From Halalkalibacterium halodurans (GTDB lineage: Bacteria; Bacillota; Bacilli; Bacillales; Bacillaceae_D): a stretch of DNA of 32,000 bases. Each line of letters opens with the position of its first letter. Position 1 is the stretch's first letter. The stretch is taken from positions 20,341-52,340 of the forward strand of contig NZ_SNUY01000011.1 in assembly GCF_004376175.1 (NCBI RefSeq), in the 5' to 3' direction. This document shows, in pieces, positions 1 to 8,896 of this stretch. Below the pieces are notes generated by a model. It was not told where the DNA came from and did no database searches. It worked only from the letters and a program-made list of their open reading frames with translations. The position numbers and the translations under genes were made by a program.

Positions 1-348
1 CAAAAAATTGTCTATGGTCCAAGGGAGAAGTCTACCCTTTTTTAGGTGCGATTTTGAGTGGGGCGAAGGTACATTTTTTTGTCTGAAATTATTTTACTTT
101 CATTACCATTAATGGAAGTGTAGTCAACTGATTTTCTATTTATGATTTGATTAAAAAGGTGCTTTTTGAACAAGCTCTAGAAAAGAGCTTGTTCGCCAAA
201 AGGACGAAACAATTATAAAAATACTATAAATATTTCGATTTGTAAATAATATTAAGAAAATTTATGCTGCGCTTACACATCGTTTGTTTGCAGGAAACGA
301 GCTCTCCTTTGCATATGGTTATAGTAGGAAGAAGGGAGTTGAAACAAG

Positions 349-957
349 GTGAATGAATCGATTTTACCTGTTCAAATCGGCACGAAGCATCTCATTGAAA
401 AACAAGCAGACGTCTATGTTCCGCTCGTGACAGGTGGAACCAATGCACAGGTAAGGAAAAGGATAAATGAACGGATTGAACAGCAAGTAAGGACCCTGCT
501 TCGAAAATCGGGGGTATCAGAGCCTAACACGGAAATAACAGGAGGATATGAAATAAAAACGAACCAACGTCATGTCCTTAGCTTAACGAATAGCCAGTAT
601 ACGTATACGCAATCAGCTGCCCATGGGATGACCTACTTGCGCTCGCTTACGTTTGATACGATGACAGGAAAAGCTTATCGCTTAAACGAGCTATTTAAAC
701 CGGGGAGTCCGTATCAACAACTAATCAATGAACAGATTAAGCAGCAAATTGCCGAGCGCGACATGCCGCTGCTTGCACCTTTTGAAGGAATTGCGCCGAA
801 TCAATTTTTTTATATTGCAGATAAAGCACTTGTGATTTATTTTCAGCTCTACGATTTGATGCCGTATGCATATGGTTTTCCTTATTTTCCGATTTCCGTT
901 TATTCACTAGCATCTATTGTGAAAGAAGATGGACCGTTAGGACGGATGATGTACTAG
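349..957 (+). CDS. DUF3298/DUF4163-like protein (RsiV/PdaC C-terminal-domain-like)
   Basis: 202-aa ORF with a GTG start, preceded by a purine-rich GGAAGAAGGGAG. The family call rests on remembered pattern only (AAHGMTY..SLTFD..TGK...L.ELF ... ALVIYFQ.Y...PYA.G). Convergent with dps and followed by a shared hairpin. Confidence 0.5.
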   Translation: MNESILPVQIGTKHLIEKQADVYVPLVTGGTNAQVRKRINERIEQQVRTLLRKSGVSEPNTEITGGYEIKTNQRHVLSLTNSQYTYTQSAAHGMTYLRSLTFDTMTGKAYRLNELFKPGSPYQQLINEQIKQQIAERDMPLLAPFEGIAPNQFFYIADKALVIYFQLYDLMPYAYGFPYFPISVYSLASIVKEDGPLGRMMY

Positions 958-978
958 AAGGAGATCTTTACATGAAAA

Positions 979-1011
979 CCCCCTCATACACGGGTTCCGT
1001 GAGTGAGGGGG
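979..1011. terminator. Hairpin between convergent genes (likely bidirectional terminator)
   Basis: CCCCCTCA (979-986) pairs with TGAGGGGG (1004-1011). It lies between the stop of the 349-957 ORF and the stop of dps. Confidence 0.55.
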
Positions 1012-1020
1012 CTTCAGACG

Positions 1021-1461
1021 TTACTTCAAGAACGATCGTAGCATCCAATTGTGTTTTTCTAGTGATTGATGAATGGCAAGAAGCATGTCTGCGGTCGTCT
1101 CGTCACCTAGAGAATCAGCCGCCTCCATTCCTTCTTTTAACTCATCAATAAGGGTATCAAAATCTTTACTAATTTCAGCGACCATTTCATCTGCAGTCTC
1201 TTCACCCCGGGCTTCAGTAACAGAAGAGATTTCTAGGTATTCACGCATCGTTGCAGCGGGCTGACCTCTCAGGGCGAGAAGACGTTCCGCTAACTCGTCA
1301 ATATGTGTCGCTGCTTCATTGTAAAGCTCTTCAAATTTCTCATGAAGTGTGAAAAATTGAGGCCCTTTGACAAACCAATGGTAATTGTGAAGCTTGACAA
1401 AAAGGACACTCCAGTTTGCGATTTGTTTGTTCAGGATCGAGGCTACTTTTTCGTGACTCAT
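1021..1461 (-). CDS. dps: Dps-family DNA-protecting ferritin-like protein
   Basis: 146 aa. N-terminal [38 protein letters not shown] is the classical Dps ferroxidase-site helix pattern. Size is typical. Confidence 0.9.
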   Translation of the reverse strand: MSHEKVASILNKQIANWSVLFVKLHNYHWFVKGPQFFTLHEKFEELYNEAATHIDELAERLLALRGQPAATMREYLEISSVTEARGEETADEMVAEISKDFDTLIDELKEGMEAADSLGDETTADMLLAIHQSLEKHNWMLRSFLK

Positions 1462-1526
1462 GATTTGTTTCGTCCTCCTTTGCTGTTTTCATTTTACATT
1501 TACCCGAACGTATTCGTTTTAAACAT

Positions 1527-2207
1527 TTATTTTTTAATCACGGTATGAGCAGACGTTCCACCGTGAATTTGGACAAACATGTGAGCGGCTGCGGTTAAAA
1601 GCTTTTCCGTGTCTTGATCGGTGAGCGACGGCCGCAAATAGGCAATTTGAATTGCAGACGTCGTTTTTTCGGTCACAGCAGTTCGCTTTGAGTCAACGAT
1701 GGGGCTGCCGAACGGCCCTTCCGCATCGCACGTAACTAGCTTTCCTTCCATTGCATTGACCCGTCCATTTAACCCTTCATATTGTGCGCCAATATCTCCT
1801 AGTTTAAGCACAATATCTCCGTTAATTTTTTCCGCGTCATAAATACCAAAAGGGCACTCATATTCAAGGGAGAAGAAGTTGTTTACGTCAACAGCTGAGT
1901 GAATTTCTGGAAGTGACTTTCCTTGTTTTATTCGGCGGTATAAGGCTTCGGAGGACGGACGATACTTGGACGGATCAATCCCAAGCTGCTTAAAGGTTTG
2001 CCGCCATTCGACAATTCCTTTATAATCAGTAACGGTCTTAGTTGTATTAGTAGCGACTTTGACTTCCTCTTGGAAAAATTGCAGTCGCCCTCTGAGCATT
2101 TGCGGAGATGGTGTGACGACGATATTATGGTATGTAATCATGCCGATTTTAAAGGATGGCACTCGTTCAAAAATAGATGATTCAATCGTGAGCTTGGTCA
2201 TAAACAT
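1527..2207 (-). CDS. B3/B4 domain-containing protein (PheT B3_4-like)
   Basis: 226-aa ORF. Pattern W...F..LGIDPSKYRPS.EAL.RR...GK.LP.I...VD..N..SLE...P.G.YD matches my memory of stand-alone B3/4 domain proteins. No search was possible. Confidence 0.55.
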   Translation of the reverse strand: MFMTKLTIESSIFERVPSFKIGMITYHNIVVTPSPQMLRGRLQFFQEEVKVATNTTKTVTDYKGIVEWRQTFKQLGIDPSKYRPSSEALYRRIKQGKSLPEIHSAVDVNNFFSLEYECPFGIYDAEKINGDIVLKLGDIGAQYEGLNGRVNAMEGKLVTCDAEGPFGSPIVDSKRTAVTEKTTSAIQIAYLRPSLTDQDTEKLLTAAAHMFVQIHGGTSAHTVIKK

Positions 2208-2297
2208 CCCTCTTTCCTAATATGTGAATTATATTTATAGTATCATCCTTTGCGACGTTCATCGACCCTTTAGACCGAAAGAAAGGAGGAAAGGAGC

Positions 2298-3473
2298 ATG
2301 ACACCTGCCCAATTAAAAGACGAGCTTATTGCATATAGTAAAACGATCGGGATCGATAAAATCGGTTTTGCTTCTGCAGATCCGTTTTTAACATTAAAAG
2401 AGCGGTTACAAACACAACAGGCGCTCGGGTATCAATCAGGATTTGAGGAGCCAGATATTGATAAACGAGTGTACCCAGAGAAAATTTTACCGAAAGCACG
2501 CTCCATTATCTCAATTGCCTTGGCATACCCTTCCAAAATGAAAAATCCTCCAAAAAGTAAAAAAGGCGAGCGACGTGGCGTCTTTTGCCGTGCTTCCTGG
2601 GGGAAAGATTATCACGATATTTTGCGCGATCGCTTAAAAAAGCTTGAAGATTTCTTATTGGAACGCGTCCCTGATATGAAGGTGTTGTCGATGGTCGATA
2701 CGGGTGCACTATCGGATCGTGCGGTTGCAGAACGAGCTGGAATCGGTTGGAGCGGTAAAAACTGTGCTGTCATTACACCAGAATTCGGGAGCTATGTGTA
2801 TCTAGGGGATCTGGTGACAACGATTCCTTTTCCTCCAGATATTCCATTAACCGATCAATGTGGTACGTGTAACAAATGTGTGGATGCCTGTCCGACCGGT
2901 GCTCTAATTCAAGGGGGACAGCTCGATTCGCAAAAATGCATTGCGTTTTTGACACAAACAAAAGGATTTCTGCCGGAAAAATATCGCAAAAAATTAGGAA
3001 ACCGTCTCTACGGCTGTGATACGTGCCAGCAAGTTTGTCCAGCAAATAAAGGGAAGAATTTTCACTTCCATGAGGAGATGGAGCCAGATCCAGAAATTGC
3101 AAAGCCGAAACTGATCCCATTGCTAACGATGAGCAACCGTGAATTCAAAGAGAAATTTGGCCACGTGTCTGGCTCATGGCGTGGAAAAAAGCCGATTCAA
3201 CGGAATGCGATTCTCGCCCTCGCTCATTTTAAAGAGGAGGCCGCCTTACCGATTCTTGCCGATTTACTACGGCAAGATCCTAGACCTGTGATTCGTGGAA
3301 CGGCAGGATGGGCATTAGGGAAAATTGGTGGTCCAGAAGTTGAAACATGGTTGAAAGATGCGCTAAAACGAGAAAAAGACGAGGATGTCCGAGCTGAAAT
3401 CAGCAGAGGGCTCGAGATCCTTGCCTACGGTGATTCAGGGAATGGAAAAGAGACGGAGGATTCGATAAGATAA
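2298..3473 (+). CDS. queG: Epoxyqueuosine reductase QueG (B. subtilis YhbA orthologue)
   Basis: 391 aa. Two 4Fe-4S ferredoxin motifs (CGTCNKCVDACP and CDTCQQVCP), FCRASWGKDYH, a C-terminal HEAT-like repeat, and near-colinear similarity to remembered YhbA. RBS AAAGGAGGAAAGGAG lies upstream. Confidence 0.9.
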   Translation: MTPAQLKDELIAYSKTIGIDKIGFASADPFLTLKERLQTQQALGYQSGFEEPDIDKRVYPEKILPKARSIISIALAYPSKMKNPPKSKKGERRGVFCRASWGKDYHDILRDRLKKLEDFLLERVPDMKVLSMVDTGALSDRAVAERAGIGWSGKNCAVITPEFGSYVYLGDLVTTIPFPPDIPLTDQCGTCNKCVDACPTGALIQGGQLDSQKCIAFLTQTKGFLPEKYRKKLGNRLYGCDTCQQVCPANKGKNFHFHEEMEPDPEIAKPKLIPLLTMSNREFKEKFGHVSGSWRGKKPIQRNAILALAHFKEEAALPILADLLRQDPRPVIRGTAGWALGKIGGPEVETWLKDALKREKDEDVRAEISRGLEILAYGDSGNGKETEDSIR

Positions 3474-3506
3474 GAGCAAGACAGGAAGTGGAAGGAAGGG
3501 ATAAAG

Positions 3507-4034
3507 ATGGCCGAACAATCACTGTTGTACGATGAAATGGAAAGCCCGATTGGTTGCCTTTCAATCGTCTCAACAGATCAAGGTGTATGTACAATTTTAT
3601 TTGGCTCCCTCGAATCCAATCAAGTGACATTAAATGTTTGGCTAAAAAAACATAGGCTTCCATGCCAACTGTTAAAAGACGAAGAGGCTATTCGTCCAGT
3701 GATTGCCCAGCTCCAGGAGTATTTTGACGGCAAGCGCCACTCTTTTGATGTGCCGCTAGACTTATATGGAACCCCGTTTCAAAAACGGGTTTGGCAAGCA
3801 CTTCAAACCATTTCTTATGGCGAGACGCGCTCCTATAAAGAGATCGCCCAACACATAGGTGCACCAAAAGCAGTAAGGGCCATCGGCGGTGCTAATAACC
3901 AAAATCCGATTCCAATCATCATTCCGTGCCACCGCGTCATTGGTAGCAACGGCGCAATGGTCGGATATGGCGGGGGATTGGAGAAAAAAGAGTGGCTGCT
4001 TAGCATTGAAGGAGCTTATGAGAAAATTAGTTGA
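3507..4034 (+). CDS. ogt: Methylated-DNA--protein-cysteine methyltransferase
   Basis: 175 aa. Active-site PCHRV motif, GT.FQ..VW..L..I.YGET.SY..IA and NP...IIPCHRVIG. Confidence 0.9.
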   Translation: MAEQSLLYDEMESPIGCLSIVSTDQGVCTILFGSLESNQVTLNVWLKKHRLPCQLLKDEEAIRPVIAQLQEYFDGKRHSFDVPLDLYGTPFQKRVWQALQTISYGETRSYKEIAQHIGAPKAVRAIGGANNQNPIPIIIPCHRVIGSNGAMVGYGGGLEKKEWLLSIEGAYEKIS

Positions 4035-4062
4035 ACAGTAGAAATAGAATGATTGTATTTAC

Positions 4063-4107
4063 AAAAGATGACTTGAAAGCCAGCAGGCTGGAGAGTCATC
4101 TTTTTTG
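4063..4107 (+). terminator. Rho-independent terminator after ogt
   Basis: AAAAGATGACT (4063-4073) pairs with AGTCATCTTTT (4094-4104), followed by a T-run. Confidence 0.7.
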
Positions 4108-4353
4108 TTTGATAAAAAACGTATAACTAGAGATGTTTAACGCAGGGCGTCCCAAGAGTGCCCGCCGATAACGGATCAAAAGTGTGCCTTTATCGAAAGT
4201 TGTTTGTAAGGGCGAAAGGATAATCAAAAGCTAGGGTCATGGCGATAAGTTAAGTTTTTTCTAACATAAGTTTTAGGACGAATGTGTTCATGATCCCTCT
4301 TTTTCTTTCATAAAATTGGCTACAAGTACAACGGGAAAAGAGGAGGGAAAATC

Positions 4354-5250
4354 ATGAGCCGAAACGCTTTGCAACAGCTACATTCACTGATTGAAAAGCG
4401 AAATGAAGGCTTTGTGAACGGGAAGGTTGACTTTCTCTGTCATGAAGATGACTTGCTCTCTCTAGAGCGACGGCGACAGCGGGATAAAAATCGAGGGGCC
4501 GAAACAGTAAAAGCGAACGTAAACGGGGCGATTGTCTCAAGGCGACAAATCGATGAAAAGCTGATAGTCGACTATTCGATTAAATATGAGTTCTTGATCA
4601 GAATGAACAAGCGCTTTTATATTGAAGAACAGCAGCAAGAACGGAGAGCGATTTTTCTTGACGATGGTCTGTTAGAAGATCGAGAAATCCCAGTGCTTGA
4701 GGAAGAATATGATCATTCCGATACTCAAACAGTGTTTCTCACATCACCTGTCGCTCAGCGTTCGAGCTACGATCGAAGGGAGGCGATCCGCTATGCTGAA
4801 CGCTGGTGGAACGATTACAACCCGAACTATAAAAACTTTGAGAACAATTGTACCAATTTCATCTCTCAGTGCCTTCGAGCAGGAGGGGCTCCGACGACGG
4901 GAGCACCGAACCGATCGAAGGGATGGTGGTACCAAAACAACAATTGGAGCTACAGCTGGACGGTGGCAAATGCGATGCGCTGGCATTTAAGCGGGGCTAG
5001 AACGGGGCTGCGTGGGGAAGAGCGAAAAAGTCCCCGTGATCTCATTCCAGGTGATGTGATTTGTTATGATTTTAATGGGGATGGTAGATGGCAGCATACG
5101 ACGATTGTTGTCGCTAAAGACGTAAATGGTGATCCACTCGTTAATGCACAAACCACAAATAGCCGGATGCGTTATTGGGCCTATGAGGACTCGACAGCGT
5201 ATACACCGAACATTCAATATAAGTTCTTTCATATTGTTGATCGGTTTTAA
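4354..5250 (+). CDS. Putative amidase-domain protein (B. subtilis YhbB-like)
   Basis: 298 aa with RBS GAGGAGGG upstream. The C-terminal half (NCTNFISQCL.AGG ... GD.I.YD..GDG.W.HT.IV) looks like an NlpC/CHAP-like putative amidase domain. Its position between queG/ogt and trmL matches yhbB synteny as I remember it. Confidence 0.65.
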   Translation: MSRNALQQLHSLIEKRNEGFVNGKVDFLCHEDDLLSLERRRQRDKNRGAETVKANVNGAIVSRRQIDEKLIVDYSIKYEFLIRMNKRFYIEEQQQERRAIFLDDGLLEDREIPVLEEEYDHSDTQTVFLTSPVAQRSSYDRREAIRYAERWWNDYNPNYKNFENNCTNFISQCLRAGGAPTTGAPNRSKGWWYQNNNWSYSWTVANAMRWHLSGARTGLRGEERKSPRDLIPGDVICYDFNGDGRWQHTTIVVAKDVNGDPLVNAQTTNSRMRYWAYEDSTAYTPNIQYKFFHIVDRF

Positions 5251-5315
5251 ACATGATCAAAGGGTGAAACTAGTGATATAATAAGGTCCGAAGTTTAAAA
5301 AAAGAGGTGCAAATC

Positions 5316-5789
5316 GTGGGGTTACATATCGTTCTATATCAACCAGAAATTCCAGCCAATACGGGGAATATTGCCCGGACATGTGCTGGAACAAATACAG
5401 AATTACATCTAATTCGCCCGCTCGGTTTTTCAACGGATGATCGCATGTTAAAGCGCGCAGGCTGCGACTATTGGCCTAATGTAAACATTCATTACTATGA
5501 TTCGGTTGATGAGTTGTTTGCTACGTTTCCCGATGGTGAGTTTTATTTTATTGAGACTGTTGGCTCAAAAAACTATGCTGATTTTGATTATAGTGATGGT
5601 TCAAAGGATCACTTATTTGTTTTCGGAAGAGAAACGACTGGATTGCCGAATGAGCTAATCGAACAACATCTGGACCGTTGTTTCCGCATTCCACAAACAG
5701 ACAATGTCCGTTCATTGAATTTATCCAATACGGCAGCGATTGTCATCTATGAGGCGATTCGCCAACAAGGTTTTGCCGGATTAACTTAA
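5316..5789 (+). CDS. trmL: tRNA (cytidine/uridine-2'-O)-methyltransferase TrmL (CspR)
   Basis: SPOUT motifs: LYQPEIPANTGNIARTC, LHLI.PLGF and a C-terminal NLSN.AAIV.YEA. The ORF track starts at 5307. I prefer the in-frame GTG at 5316, which sits 6 nt after AGAGGTG and aligns with the remembered CspR N-terminus. Confidence 0.85.
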   Translation: MGLHIVLYQPEIPANTGNIARTCAGTNTELHLIRPLGFSTDDRMLKRAGCDYWPNVNIHYYDSVDELFATFPDGEFYFIETVGSKNYADFDYSDGSKDHLFVFGRETTGLPNELIEQHLDRCFRIPQTDNVRSLNLSNTAAIVIYEAIRQQGFAGLT

Positions 5790-5796
5790 AGCATAC

Positions 5797-5830
5797 AAAA
5801 ATCCCCCCTGCAGCTACGGGGGGGATTTTT
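5797..5830. terminator. Bidirectional terminator hairpin
   Basis: AAAAATCCCCCC ... GGGGGGATTTTT forms a perfect G/C stem, flanked by an A-run on one side and a T-run on the other. It sits between trmL (+) and a small minus-strand ORF. Confidence 0.8.
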
Positions 5831-5831
5831 C

Positions 5832-5921
5832 TTAGTTTTTATGAGGATTGTCTTCATATCCTGCTGTGAAAATCGAAACAAGAAATGCAAGACAAACGCC
5901 AAGAATCAGAATCGTATTCAT
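5832..5921 (-). CDS. Small hydrophobic protein (29 aa), unannotated in the ORF track
   Basis: The minus strand reads AAAGGAGGACGACA-ATG then MNTILILGVCLAFLVSIFTAGYEDNPHKN. It has a strong RBS and one predicted TM helix, and it ends at the bidirectional terminator. Confidence 0.45.
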   Translation of the reverse strand: MNTILILGVCLAFLVSIFTAGYEDNPHKN

Positions 5922-6140
5922 TGTCGTCCTCCTTTAGCCATCCTTCGCTACATTTTATTATAACGGAAAACCGTCCACAAGGGAAACGTTGATCTGAAAT
6001 TCAAAGGGCATGTATTAGGCACTAAGAGAAAGTTTACAGGATTGTCACATTTTTGCCGAACTAGAGAATCTCTTCACATCTAGTCCAAATGACTGTCGTG
6101 GCACGACCTGCTTCCAAAGAATGCTTGAAATGCATGTTTG

Positions 6141-6190
6141 TTGACAAAATAAATGATAATGCTTATCATTTTCACTGATAATGATTATCA
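6141..6190 (+). promoter_or_regulatory. Promoter with two tandem Fur boxes
   Basis: -35 TTGACA at 6141-6146 and a TATCAT -10 candidate at 6164-6169 (17-nt spacer). TGATAATGCTTATCA (6154-6168) has one mismatch and TGATAATGATTATCA (6176-6190) is a perfect match to the 7-1-7 Fur consensus TGATAATnATTATCA. Confidence 0.75.
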
Positions 6191-6222
6191 CTTTTAGGTG
6201 TTTCTGTTGGAAGGAAGATGTC

Positions 6223-7176
6223 ATGAAGAAACGTTATCTCTTGCCTGCTTTACTTCTTTTCTCCATCTGTTCGTTGTTTATCGGCGTGAGTGAAGTCACG
6301 CTTTCCGGCCTGCTGCGAATGGATGAGGGACAATGGCAAATTCTTTTCACAAGCAGACTACCACGGTTGATGAGCATTTTAATTGCCGGCATTGGCATGA
6401 GCGTTTGCGGTTTGATCATGCAGCAGCTTACACGAAATCGGTTTGTTTCACCAACAACAGCGGGAACACTTGATTCTGCTCGCCTAGGCATCTTAGTTTC
6501 GATGATCCTGTTTGCTTCAGCAGGACCGATCGAGAAAATTTTTGTCGCTTTTTTATTTGCCTTGGCTGGGACGTTCATTTTTATGATGTTACTTGATCGA
6601 ATGAAGTTTAAGGACCCGATTTTTATTCCCCTCGTTGGCCTCATGTTTGGAAGCATCATTAGTTCAATCACGACTTTCTTTGCTTATCGCTATGATCTAA
6701 TACAGAACATGTCGGCATGGCTTCAAGGAAATTTCGCCTTAATGATCAAGGGACAGTATGAACTGTTGTACATAAGTATCCCCGTTCTCATTCTAGCTTA
6801 TGTGTTTGCCAATCGTTTCACTGTAGCAGGAATGGGAGAAGAGTTCGCTGTCAACTTAGGCTTAAAATATAAGCAAGTAGTGAATATCGGACTGGTCATT
6901 GTAGCTTTAGTTACATCTGTCGTCGTGTTGACTGTAGGGATGATTCCCTTTCTTGGATTAATCATTTCAAATATCGTATCGATCTACAAAGGGGATAATT
7001 TGCGAAAAAATCTACCATATACCGCCTTGTTAGGCGCATTGTTTGTTCTTTTGTGCGATATTATCGGTCGGGTCATTATTTATCCTTATGAGATAGCGAT
7101 TGGGCTGACGGTTGGTGTGATCGGAAGTGCGATTTTCCTATACATGCTGTTAAGGAGACATAAATATGGGTTTTAA
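6223..7176 (+). CDS. yclN: Iron-siderophore ABC transporter permease (FecCD family, YclN-like)
   Basis: Polytopic membrane protein. The start is moved to ATG 6223 (MKKRYLL, RBS GGAAGGAAG), because the track start at 6181 lies inside the Fur box. The order permease-permease-ATPase-SBP matches yclNOPQ. Confidence 0.8.
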   Translation: MKKRYLLPALLLFSICSLFIGVSEVTLSGLLRMDEGQWQILFTSRLPRLMSILIAGIGMSVCGLIMQQLTRNRFVSPTTAGTLDSARLGILVSMILFASAGPIEKIFVAFLFALAGTFIFMMLLDRMKFKDPIFIPLVGLMFGSIISSITTFFAYRYDLIQNMSAWLQGNFALMIKGQYELLYISIPVLILAYVFANRFTVAGMGEEFAVNLGLKYKQVVNIGLVIVALVTSVVVLTVGMIPFLGLIISNIVSIYKGDNLRKNLPYTALLGALFVLLCDIIGRVIIYPYEIAIGLTVGVIGSAIFLYMLLRRHKYGF

Positions 7177-8113
7177 AGCAAAAATCATTTCCTTAACAGT
7201 CCTGAACATTGTGTTGATCGGACTCTTTTTAACGATCGGTGTGAACAACTGGGAGTATGCGTTGCCGAGAAGAGGCGCTTCTGTTGCAGCAATTGCCGTT
7301 ACCGGAGCTGCCATTGCTTTCTCTACTGTTGTGTTCCAAACGATTACGAATAACCGAATTTTAACGCCGAGCATCATCGGCTTAGATTCGTTGTACATGC
7401 TGATTCAAACGTTCATTATCTTCGTGTTCGGGTCTACAAGTTTTTTGGTCATCGATCGACATGTTAACTTTTTATTGTCGGTCGGGATGATGATCTTATT
7501 TGCGGGCTTGTTCTACAAGCTTTTGTTTCGCAGAGAAGGACAGCACTTATTTTTACTTTTGCTCATTGGCTTAGTGCTCGGAACGTTGTTTTCCAGCCTG
7601 TCCACCTTCATGCAAGTACTCATTGATCCGAATGAGTTTCAAACCGTGCAAAACCGAATGTTTGCCAGCTTTAATAACATCAATACGGACCTGCTTTATT
7701 TAGCCATTGCTTTATTTATTGGAATCACGATTTATTGTTACAAATATTTCAAGTTTTTAGATGTACTTTCGCTAGGGAGAGAGCATGCGGTTAATTTAGG
7801 AATTCCGTATGATTCGGTGATCAAACGATTGTTGATCGTTGTTGCCATTTTCATTTCGATTGCAACAGCACTCGTTGGTCCGATTACATTCCTTGGATTG
7901 CTCGTTGCCAATGTCGCGTACGAGTTTATGCGGACACACAAACATCGTGAGATCATCATCGGTGCGATCTTAATCAGCACGATCGCTCTCATTGGCGGGC
8001 AGCTAATTGTCCAGCACGTCTTTACATTTTCAACGCCTCTTAGCGTCATCATTAATTTTATTGGCGGTGTGTATTTCCTCTATCTTTTATTAAAGGAGAA
8101 TAAAAAATGGTAG
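7166..8113 (+). CDS. yclO: Iron-siderophore ABC transporter permease (FecCD family, YclO-like)
   Basis: 315-aa polytopic membrane protein. RBS TAAGGAGA, and an 11-nt overlap with the upstream permease. Confidence 0.8.
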   Translation: MGFKAKIISLTVLNIVLIGLFLTIGVNNWEYALPRRGASVAAIAVTGAAIAFSTVVFQTITNNRILTPSIIGLDSLYMLIQTFIIFVFGSTSFLVIDRHVNFLLSVGMMILFAGLFYKLLFRREGQHLFLLLLIGLVLGTLFSSLSTFMQVLIDPNEFQTVQNRMFASFNNINTDLLYLAIALFIGITIYCYKYFKFLDVLSLGREHAVNLGIPYDSVIKRLLIVVAIFISIATALVGPITFLGLLVANVAYEFMRTHKHREIIIGAILISTIALIGGQLIVQHVFTFSTPLSVIINFIGGVYFLYLLLKENKKW

Positions 8114-8865
8114 ACATTCAACAAGTGACAAAGCAATATGGAGAAAAATTAGTGATAGACGATGTGTCTGTTTGCATCCCTCAAGGAAAAATTACGTCCT
8201 TCATCGGACCGAATGGGGCAGGCAAAAGTACGTTGCTTTCCATGGTTAGTCGCTTGTTAAAAAAGGATGCAGGTCAGATTCTAATCGACCAGCATGAAGT
8301 AACCCAGTACGATAGCCGAGAGTTGGCGAAAATGCTATCCATTTTAAAACAGGCCAATATTATTAACATTCGTTTAACTGTGAAGGATCTCGTTTCGTTT
8401 GGGCGTTTCCCGTATTCTCAAGGGGCCTTAATGAAAGAAGACCATCGTCTAATTGATGAAGCGATCCGTTACATGGACCTTACTGACTTAGAAGATCGCT
8501 ATTTAGATCAGCTCAGTGGTGGACAAAAGCAACGGGCGTTTATCGCGATGGTGATTGCCCAAGATACGGACTATGTCCTTTTGGATGAACCATTAAACAA
8601 CCTTGATATGAAGCACTCCGTTCAAATTATGAAAGTGCTCAGACAAATGGTCGAGGAATTAGGGAAAACAGTCGTTATTGTTTTACATGACATTAACTTT
8701 GCTTCCTGTTATTCAGATTATATTGTCGCATTGAAAAATGGAAAAGTTGTGCGACAAGGTCCAAAAAACGAGATTATTGACCGTGAAGCTCTTCGGGACA
8801 TTTACGATATGGACATGGAGGTTAATTGTATTAACGATCAAAAAATTTGCGTGTACTTCACGTAA
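8107..8865 (+). CDS. yclP: Iron-siderophore ABC transporter ATP-binding protein (YclP-like)
   Basis: Walker A GPNGAGKST, ABC signature LSGGQKQR, Walker B VLLDEP and an H-loop HD. Overlaps the permease stop. Confidence 0.9.
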   Translation: MVDIQQVTKQYGEKLVIDDVSVCIPQGKITSFIGPNGAGKSTLLSMVSRLLKKDAGQILIDQHEVTQYDSRELAKMLSILKQANIINIRLTVKDLVSFGRFPYSQGALMKEDHRLIDEAIRYMDLTDLEDRYLDQLSGGQKQRAFIAMVIAQDTDYVLLDEPLNNLDMKHSVQIMKVLRQMVEELGKTVVIVLHDINFASCYSDYIVALKNGKVVRQGPKNEIIDREALRDIYDMDMEVNCINDQKICVYFT

Positions 8866-8896
8866 AAATATAGACATAAAAAAGGAGTTGGGGAAC

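Noticed and set aside
168-194. Perfect 11-bp palindrome GAACAAGCTCT-AGAAA-AGAGCTTGTTC considered as a terminator
   Set aside because: No U-tract follows the stem on either strand, and the T-run precedes it. It could be a protein-binding site, but there is no flanking gene context in the window to interpret it.
1073-1548. Plus-strand ORFs (1073-1264, 1303-1548) overlapping dps
   Set aside because: They are antisense shadows of a confidently identified Dps gene. Translations are low-complexity and Ser- or Phe-rich, and there is no RBS.
4108-4353. 245-nt leader upstream of the yhbB-like gene, examined for a riboswitch or small ORF
   Set aside because: I could recognise no conserved riboswitch core, no terminator/antiterminator pair, and only trivially short ORFs.
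6181-6222. Track start of the first permease at 6181
   Set aside because: The ATG lies inside the perfect Fur box and promoter. ATG 6223 has an RBS and gives a normal N-terminus.
6234-8052. Minus-strand ORFs (6234-6671, 7150-7398, 7738-8052) inside the permease genes
   Set aside because: They are antisense to clear FecCD-family permeases. Mirror-strand ORFs are typical of hydrophobic, codon-biased genes.
8738-8896. N-terminal extension of the binding-protein ORF overlapping the ATPase gene
   Set aside because: It lies in another frame of the ATPase gene 3' end. The lipoprotein signal peptide begins at GTG 8897, which has a well-placed AAAGGAG.
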